This document shows, one piece after another, positions 24,263 through 32,567 of a stretch of DNA of 32,567 bases. The first letter of the stretch is position 1; each line of letters begins with the position of its first letter. This DNA comes from Phoronis australis. Its lineage: Eukaryota > Animalia > Phoronida. The notes beneath the pieces are model-generated. The model ran no database searches. It was not told the origin of the DNA and was given only the letters and a program-made list of their open reading frames with translations. The translations under genes were made by a program, and so were the position numbers. The stretch spans positions 981,310-1,013,876 of the forward strand of contig NMRA01000073.1 of assembly GCA_002633005.1 (NCBI GenBank). Reading direction: 5' to 3'.

Positions 24263-25523
24263 GTGTATTTATTTTCTTGTGAACCTCAGTTTTTCCTTTA
24301 TAGAACGCAATGCTATTCTTACTAACCCAATTCTTTTTCTCATAAGCCGCATTTCGTTCACGACTGGCGCATGAATTGCACGGGCTCGTATCACATCTGT
24401 GTGTACACAATAACACGAAACAAGTGTTGTTCGTGAGAAAAACAGTATTTGCAAGTCAAGTGAGAAACGATCTACAGCTGATAAGAAAGAACGCAAGACT
24501 ACTAGAACGTTAACTTGTTAACTACCCATCCGCAGAGTCGTCTTTAAAGTCCGTTGTTTTGGTTAATGCATGTTTTTGGGGTAGAACCCTTTTGTGACTG
24601 TTTTAACATGGCGAGACAACGTTCATACTCTACACGTGGGAAAACGATAGACTGAATATGTTTCACTGATTTTTTCAGTGGGAAGTGTTAGCTTCATTCA
24701 TGTTCATTCGATACGAAGTTCGTTGATTTCCATGGGACGTTATCACGTACATTACATATATACATTACTACATATTATACACCATAACGTCGTACGGAAA
24801 ACAACGAATATTGTACATGTATCGAATGAGCGTGGCTTCAACGGGCAGGAAGTCTTACACAGTTACGTAGAGAGAGGAGGGTCACTAGGGGAGCCAGAGC
24901 CACGCGTTCCGGCGGCGAAGTAAAAACACGAGTTTTAATTTTCCCAAGAGTTTTGGTCATTCGGCTTCAGTTGGGCCATGATGACAAAACTACAGGACCC
25001 ATAAGCATCAACTCAAGTTAAGAGCACGAAGACAGGAGGTTAGACTGAATCAAAAGTGCCTTTTTGGGCGGGACGTCAATTTGTAAACGTTTTAATGGCA
25101 AAACGGGGCAGCAATAGTCCGCAAGAAGGAGGAACGATATTTTCCTAGGCGCAATTTTATAAAGCTTTAGAAACGCAGGTTTCAGTTGAAGTAATACCGT
25201 AACCAATTTGGTTTTGGACCTACCGCGGATAGAAACCTATAACCCTACATAAGGAAATTCTGTTTGGACCGGACGAGCGACCCTGAAACCCCCATGCTCC
25301 GACGTCCTATCTTTCGGTCAAATGTAATATTTTTACCCGTTCTTGCTTTGAACAATGCTTTCGATTAAAAGGATTTTTTTCGCAGAAATGCATAAAAATG
25401 CAATTTTCGGCTGACTGCCTCAAGCTAAGCACTTGCGCGTCAGCTGGCTTGTCGCCGAGACTATGGGTACGGACAGAGAGTGAAGGCGTTTTGGAAATAA
25501 TTTCCGCTTAATTATAGACGACA

Positions 25524-25558
25524 ATGATCACGCCAGGTATCGCGATAAAACACATTCG
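25524..25558 (+). CDS. Candidate first coding exon of the methyltransferase (MITPGIAIKHIR)
   Basis: acaATG at 25524 is open to CG|GTAAGA (strong donor at 25559). Phase 2 matches the acceptor at 27273 (CG+G=Arg, then GTVEEF...). An upstream acceptor ttaattatAG ends at 25517. Confidence 0.4.
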
Positions 25559-26581
25559 GTAAGATTGATCGAGCATTAACAGACATGTGACCAAAGGTTA
25601 TGTATAATGTAGAACCTTATCACCGGCATGTCTGTGTATTTAGCCACATGTCAAACAGCTATAGAATTCAACTCAGTAAAAGTATATGTTTTATGAGACT
25701 AGAAAGCCCATAGAGTTTTATATTAACTTGATACCAATCTCTCATGGGTCACGTGATCATGCCTTTTCCTTCAGTTGCCCCGTGTCGCGTTAGGCCGGGT
25801 TCCGCTTTATCCCTCGACGCTTCTGATCTTACCGCCCCTACATTCAATTACACCAGTTTGCTATTGGTTTGAATGAGAACGCCTTTGCTATCAGTGCCGG
25901 GGGGTTGCTAAAACAGATTTACGGAAACAAGATGTGCATGAGTCCATCCGTAAACTGAAAGGCTATTCCGCCTAGAGACTAGGCTTGCAACGGCAATCAC
26001 GCAGTCGTAATATTTAGGAATAACTCCAGTTTCAACGTCACATCTCATCCTTGCCCTTCACTGGGATTTTTTACCCAAGTGCCCTAATGGACAAAAAACG
26101 TAAAACCCCCACCGTATATGCATGGTTGTCTGACATTTTTCGTTTTTCCGGACAACATTCAAAGACTTTATTGTGGCTCCTGGCAAAGTTGAGAAGCGAA
26201 AGGCTTAGCTGCAGAACAATTTTCCCTGAAATAACACATGGCATAGGTCTGATAAGACTTTCTATATCTTTTGGGACCCTCATGGTCACTATGCGTGCAC
26301 AACTGCTCACGTGACGTGCAACCCGGTTCTGCAGATTTTTATTATATTTGCAGTAGAACCGATAGTCATGATTGGGTTAAGGAGCCTAGACAACCATTTC
26401 CTTTAATCGCATAACTGCTGTTTTCTCGCGAACCACGATTCGCGTTGTGCGAACTAAACTATTTTCTATTGCCCCATGATCTTACTGGCGTGTTCAAGAC
26501 CACCTTCACTAAGATGTGAACCAAAGTTACAAATCGTAGCCTACAAGTAGTTCGTAATCACAAACTTGTTAAAGAGCACGA

Positions 26582-26845
26582 CATGCGCGCACCCAGTCTA
26601 AAATATAGGGGGACTCGAATTTTTCAGCGTATGTGGACCTTTTACTGAAAAAAACGGGGACTTTAAAAAACGGGGTACTACGTTAGTAGATCTGTGAATT
26701 GTGTATTCACGCCGAATTCCTGTGTACTTTTGTGTTGTTAAGTCGGACTTTTTGTTTCTTTGAGGCTGGCCTTTTTGCCCACTTCCCCAAATGGGGGGCC
26801 CGTTCGAGCCCTCCCGAGCGACCCCCCACCCTGGGTGCGCGCATG
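26582..26845 (+). mobile_element. MITE family A, copy 4 (best preserved)
   Basis: Perfect 15-bp TIR catgcgcgcacccag / ctgggtgcgcgcatg, with a perfect 5-bp target duplication cacga/cacga. Confidence 0.92.
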
Positions 26846-27272
26846 CACGATCACGGGAAGAACATAAATCCTTCGTTGCACATCATTGCCCTCGCCCCCT
26901 CCTCGCTGCTAGTGGTCCGTATTCATCCTGAATTCGTTAGACGCTCACAGTTTGCCCATAACTTGGACTATCGAGCGAAATTTGGAATGCAAATGCAGCT
27001 TTTTAGTTAGGTAAACTGTAATTTCCAACTTTAATGTTAGATACATTTGGGCGAAAATTGGATATACAATTTTCGTTTTACATATTGGATATTGTATTAA
27101 CCAGTGCCGTAATTTACAGGTGTGAAGTAGCAGCGTTCTCTGAAACCGGATGGCAAACGGACTTAATTTGAAAATGCGTCGCTCCTGGACTGGAACTGCC
27201 AAGCACGCCACGGTTTGGAAGATGCTGTCTTCTGTAAATTGTCACGTGTATGCGTCTGGCTGTATTTTGCAG

Positions 27273-27933
27273 GGGCACAGTGGAAGAGTTTCGACAAAGT
27301 GAAGAATACCGGAAAAACGCTGCTGGTTTCAGACACGACTTATCGAAAGAAGAAGTGAAGGCTCACTATGACGAATGGGGAAAGGACAACCAATACGAAA
27401 ACCAACTCTCGTTGGAGATATACAAGGCACCGATAAAAGTGGCTGAAATCATGGCTGAATTTCTTGGAGCCGAGTTCCGATCAGCTAAAGTTCTCGATTG
27501 CGCTGCTGGTACGGGTTATGTGGGTCAACTTCTCGCAAAGCAGGGATTCACCAACATGTACGCGCTAGAACCGTCCACTGGAATGGCGGCGTTTGCACGT
27601 TCCAAGAATGTGTATAAGGCCATTTACGAAGATTTCATTGACGAGTCGGCGTCACCTTTCTCTCAAGATGAATTCGACGCTTTGGTGTGCGTTGGGTCAT
27701 TCGGTGCCGGGCATATTCCCACTAAAGCACTCAAGGAAATGGCGCGCATTGTAAGACCAGGTGGGTTCATCTTTATCTCCTACAGAGAAGAGTATGTCGA
27801 AGAGTGTACAGATTTAGAGCCGTACATGAAAACCCTGGAAGAAGACCGCAAATGGGTGATGAAGTCGCGCATTGTTTATCCACAACACTTGCACGATCTT
27901 CCGGGAGTGTGTGTCATTTTTGAGGTTTTGTAA
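27273..27933 (+). CDS. METTL27: METTL27/WBSCR27-like class I SAM-dependent methyltransferase, main (terminal) coding exon
   Basis: ORF 27250-27933 has YDEW..QYE..L...YKAP (WBSCR27-type N-terminal region), SAM motif I VLDCAAGTGYVG, ALEPSTGM, FDALVCVGSFGAGHIP and ALKEMARIVRPGG. Acceptor tgtattttgcAG ends at 27272, so the ORF-track ATG at 27250 is probably intronic. Stop TAA at 27931-27933. The symbol means family-level similarity, not proven orthology. Confidence 0.9.
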
Positions 27934-28124
27934 AGTCTGAAAGCTTGGAACTGGATGCGGTGTAACATTTTACCAAGATTTAGACAGACGTTAATAGTGC
28001 AACTTTTAGTTGGCTTTTTAGCATTTTTCCTTTTATCTATGTTTGACAACGTAAAGACTTATCATGTGGAGCACTGTATCGAACATGCTAGTTGTGAAAT
28101 GTCTAGTTGCCTGTCAAAAACCAC

Positions 28125-28130
28125 AATAAA
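28125..28130 (+). promoter_or_regulatory. Candidate polyadenylation signal for the methyltransferase gene
   Basis: AATAAA about 190 nt downstream of the stop, followed by GT-rich sequence (gtgttgtagtttgctgtgg). Confidence 0.5.
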
Positions 28131-31100
28131 ATGCGACGACACCTTCATGACGTAGTTGATATGAACATTAGTCAGTGTTGTAGTTTGCTGTGGTGCACTG
28201 CAAGATGTTGTGGTATGAGAAAAAGGGTGTCATGTACGGAATTTTAAAAAATTACATTGTCAACAAAAGCTCCTCTTGAACTCTCGTGAGTTTGCTGCCA
28301 TCTATTGTCAAGCTGCGTGGTGCGGGGTGTACATTCCTCCCCTTTGATGAGGGTCGCACTGTCGGATTTAGAATGACACAAAGGTAACCACGATCACTTT
28401 CCGACGAAAATCACATGAGTAAGCCTTAGAAACGTCATGCCTGTTACACTATCAGTTTCAAGTTTTCCCTGAGACAAGCAACTCGCAAGAACCTGGGTGA
28501 GATCAGTCTTACCTGACGTCAGCACTGACCGCGGCTCAAATTTTTTCGAGGTTCTTAGTTTTAACGGAAATAGAATCCTGTCATGATGAGGAACATCATG
28601 AGACCGATTTTATGGAAGTAATGGGTCTAATTCTATTTTTTTAGTCAACACAAGACAAAATGTAGCTTTAAATTTATAAAATGGGACTTCTTGTCGTGGT
28701 AGTACTCGAGTTCTGCCATAAGCACTGATCAGCAATTCGAGAAAGTGCTGGGGCGGGCTAAGCCTAAACTATTAAAATCAAAAATTAGTCATTGACTTGG
28801 GGACTCATCCGGCAGCAATTCAAGATCGGAAGAGCGTGGTACTGTTTTCATATCCCACATTAACTTAGTTTCTAACTTAATATTGGCAGCTACATAGTGG
28901 CAAAACGCCCCCTTAAGCCTTTAGCCCTAGAAACGACAAATTCAACTCCCTCAGTTTATCATCCAACAGAAAATACTGGGTTATCTGCTATCACTAAGTT
29001 ACCTGCTATCACTAGGTCACCCCATGCAAGTGACAGTGTTTTTGTCACCTATGACCCGGCCCGGGCTGCCGATAACACTAACATACAGTGCACTTGGCAA
29101 AAGCTTGTTTCCATGTAAACTTTATCAAAATCACGCCATGCTACCGTGGGAATAAAGTCTGTGTGTGGAAATGTAAATTAAAAATTAGTACACCTGGGAT
29201 AGTTTGAATAAAACACACCAGATGGCATTCGTGTCAATTCGCTCAATTTTCAATCTAGTATATATAACAGTTCCCAGTCAGTGGCTTATTAAGAGGGGGC
29301 CAAATGGGCCACCCCTAACCCCACCCACCCACAGAAGACTCCCAGTATTGCTCAATAAGTCGTAATAAATGAGATCTTAAAAGTGTGGGTTTCATTGCAG
29401 ACAGTTGGGATTATCAGTGTAGTCGGTTCTCCGTATGATCTCCCGGCGGAAACCCCGGTCAGTTCTCAACCAGTACCGACTCACGGTGCCCAAGCTGCAT
29501 ATCCACCACGATTTTCACAGCCCGACGACCAGTTGAAGGTCCCATGTCACGTTATAGAGAACCACAACGGGCCGGTACTCTGTACAAAAATAACCGTCCG
29601 TAACGTTGTCCGGGGCCCTCCCAGGCACCTACAGAGGCCCAGTCAGTGTTTATTGGCGTGGCTTACGGCTACAATTCAGAAATTTCAACTCAACACAGAG
29701 GTCATTTTAAGAGCCAATTATGATGAACTCGGGGGACTACCTGCATCAAGTACTACTTGACCTGGGTGCAGTGATGATTTCCATCAACTTTTGTAGAGTT
29801 TTGTTGTAAATCATAGTGTACGTGAACCGTTTGGTGGGGAATTTAGTTAGAAAGTCATCCCACACGATTCAAGACGGAATGCCGACCCTACACGTTTATG
29901 CGACACGTCACGAACAAGCTACGAAAGTAAAGTCCCGCACCGGCCCCCTTCCTGTTGATTAAAGCGACATTTAGCACTGACCATGCAATTTCGATCTACC
30001 AAACGCAAAATCTACACGCGATATTTTCTTCGGAAGTTTCCGTTTGCATACGACAAGTCACGTGAACCACTTAATTTGCTGCTTATCATTTCTTTAGTTT
30101 TGACTGCGGCGTACAGGGCGTGAACGTAGCGTTCGAGTTGTATTAACATTAAACACGGTGATCAAAATTTTCACGAAGTACCGTGTACGCGTATTCAAGT
30201 GAAATCATTAATTACAATCCTGACTAACTAAGTGACAGACGTGGTCAACGGATTGCATTGAAATTTCAGGGTGAGTGTTTCTGCAGAAATTTGAAATTTG
30301 AAAACTTTAGATCCGGGACATGAAAAATTTCATCTTTCTTGTGTTCTAATTTGGCTTGGCAATTACAGCGAATTATATCCCCGAAGGCGTGAAACTGAAC
30401 CAAGTTTTTTGTTTGGAATTGGACAAAAGTCTGATCATTTTCTCATCCACGTGTGTAAAGATACTTATAATAATTTACATTTGTTGTATGAATGGGCTTT
30501 GTAAATATGCAACTAATGTTCAGCGGACTGTCTAAGACTTCTTGAAGCACAATTTGCCTAATGTCTACGACGCTCGACAAGATGGCTGATGTTATATGAA
30601 CGGCGGTAGTTACCATTGTTCTGGTTTTGCTTTTCCATCAACGTTGATGCTTTATGAGGCTTCAGTCTTCTGTTGATGCATGCATTTGTATGAATCGACA
30701 TCAAACAGGGAATTGAGATCAGCGGGAATTTGAATAAAAAGAGTGACTGAGAATGAATGCAAGTCCATTACTGTGAATGTGTACCATCTCTATTTTAGCT
30801 TTACAATGAATATACAAATCAAGTTGAATTATTGTTTCTCTATCAAAAATAACTAATGCGAAGATTTTTATACCACACTGGTTTCCTGTCACCAGAGTTT
30901 CCCTTTCACCGTTTTCTTTTCCAAGGCTGAATGTCAAGTTATGTCTTTGCTGTGCTAGTCGTTATACTAAGCTTGCCGGTCCGCTGTCAATTGTTGTCAA
31001 ATTTCACATTTTGTTGACTTTCTGGGGTATTTAAACTGTTTCTTGGCTTAAATGTTATCACTCTTGGTCTCAGTATGGCATTATTTGCCACAGTCTCACA

Positions 31101-31929
31101 TTCCATGTTTGTTGTATAGCCCCCTTACTTTGTCGTGTTATAGTGAATTCTGACATTACCTGGTCTACGCTATTTACTCGACGTAGAATTTGACAAAATA
31201 AGGAAGTGTTCTAACGGATTGTGTTATAAAAGCAATAATATTTTTATGTTATGTCCATGTGCATCACTGCGTCATGTTGGTGAAGCTGTTATTTTATTTT
31301 TAGCTAAATTTTAATTTTTTTCATATTATTTTATTTTTCAGCTAATTTTTAACTATTTCATATTTGACGGCGTTGTGTTTTGGTAAACTCTCTCTTCGGT
31401 AATTTTGAAAGATTAGTGCGTATTTATTTGGCAACATTTAGTATTATAGTAGGAGACGACTGAAACTCCGTTGTTAGTTTCCAATGATCTCGATGATGTA
31501 CGTTGAAACACGCGACTTATATAAAATCTCAAAATGTAGTGTCCATGCTATGTCAGAGCTTGTGTATGACTCGAGAAATCGAATTACCAGCTTATCTACA
31601 TTGGACATTTATGTATACAGTCATAATGGAGCTCGTCTCTGGCGCTACAGATAACGTAATTACAGGCAATTAAATGAGAGTTTATCTCAGCTCTACGGAT
31701 GTAAGTACGGGTAAATAACACGAAATTATGCCTTTCTCATCTCGAGTGGCTTCATGAGGGACGAGGGTTTGAATTACAGCGTGGTCCAAAATGTTACCAA
31801 TTTACGGATTAGGCATTTAATACTTTTAAACATGTATTGCGCATAGAACTACATTACACACACGCGCGCGCAAATAAAAACTGAAAGTCTAGTCCTATGT
31901 ATCATCTTGACACACGGAGAGAGTCACGT

Positions 31930-32376
31930 AAACACATACACACACAAATACATAATGTATACATTTATACATACATAAGTACATACATACATACATACAT
32001 ACATACATACGTACACACAAATACATACATAAACACATACATACATACATACATACATACATACATACAAACATACATACATACATACATACATAGACAT
32101 ACATACATAATAGACATACATACATACATACATAGACATACATACATACATACATACATAGACATACATACATACATACATGTTTACATATTTACATACA
32201 TGAATATAGAGGCAGAGCGACTGACAGACAGACATCTATGCATTCCCACACTTACATTTCTGCACAAAAACTTACATACCAGCGAAATACATACATACAT
32301 ACATAAATACATACATACATACATAAATACATACATATATACATACATACATACATACATAAATAAATACATTCAT

Positions 32377-32423
<47 letters not shown>

Positions 32424-32567
32424 TACACACACACATACATACATAAATACATACATACATAAATACATACATGCATACATACATAAATACATACATACAT
32501 AAATACATACATACATACATACATAAATACATACATACATACATACATACATACATACATACATACA
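31930..32567. repeat. (ACAT)n microsatellite with an embedded (AC)n tract
   Basis: Long imperfect ACAT array, interrupted at about 32185-32285, with an (AC)n run near 32393-32435. Runs off the window end. Confidence 0.98.

Noticed and set aside
28980-29016. 18-bp tandem duplication (similar cases near 253-285 and 2576-2613)
   Set aside because: Ordinary local slippage duplications.
29383-29760. 125-aa ORF with an acceptor-like site at 29400
   Set aside because: No recognisable domain; not supportable without expression or homology data.
31895-32564. Several long ORFs (HTYI/MYVC repeats)
   Set aside because: They are translations of the (ACAT)n microsatellite.

Overview
This window looks like repeat-rich eukaryotic genomic DNA from a draft assembly: it has spliceosomal GT-AG signals, microsatellites, a 657-N gap and two single-N joins. 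An invertebrate animal origin is my inference from the repeat types. The only intact recognisable host coding sequence is a METTL27/WBSCR27-like class I SAM-dependent methyltransferase exon (27273-27933, +), with a plausible upstream start exon at 25518-25558. The rest is largely transposon remnants: a PIF/Harbinger transposase pseudogene beside a MITE-disrupted coiled-coil exon, a 5'-truncated CR1/L2-type LINE, a degenerate THAP domain, a probable Crypton-type tyrosine recombinase relic, a 2.2-kb non-autonomous TIR element with internal motif arrays, several MITE families (some with 5-bp target duplications), minisatellites and a terminal (ACAT)n array. I found no prokaryotic operon, CRISPR array or convincing structural RNA gene. 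I cannot support a wholly new biological system; the best leads are unclassified transposon families. All family assignments come from by-eye motif recognition, not database searches.
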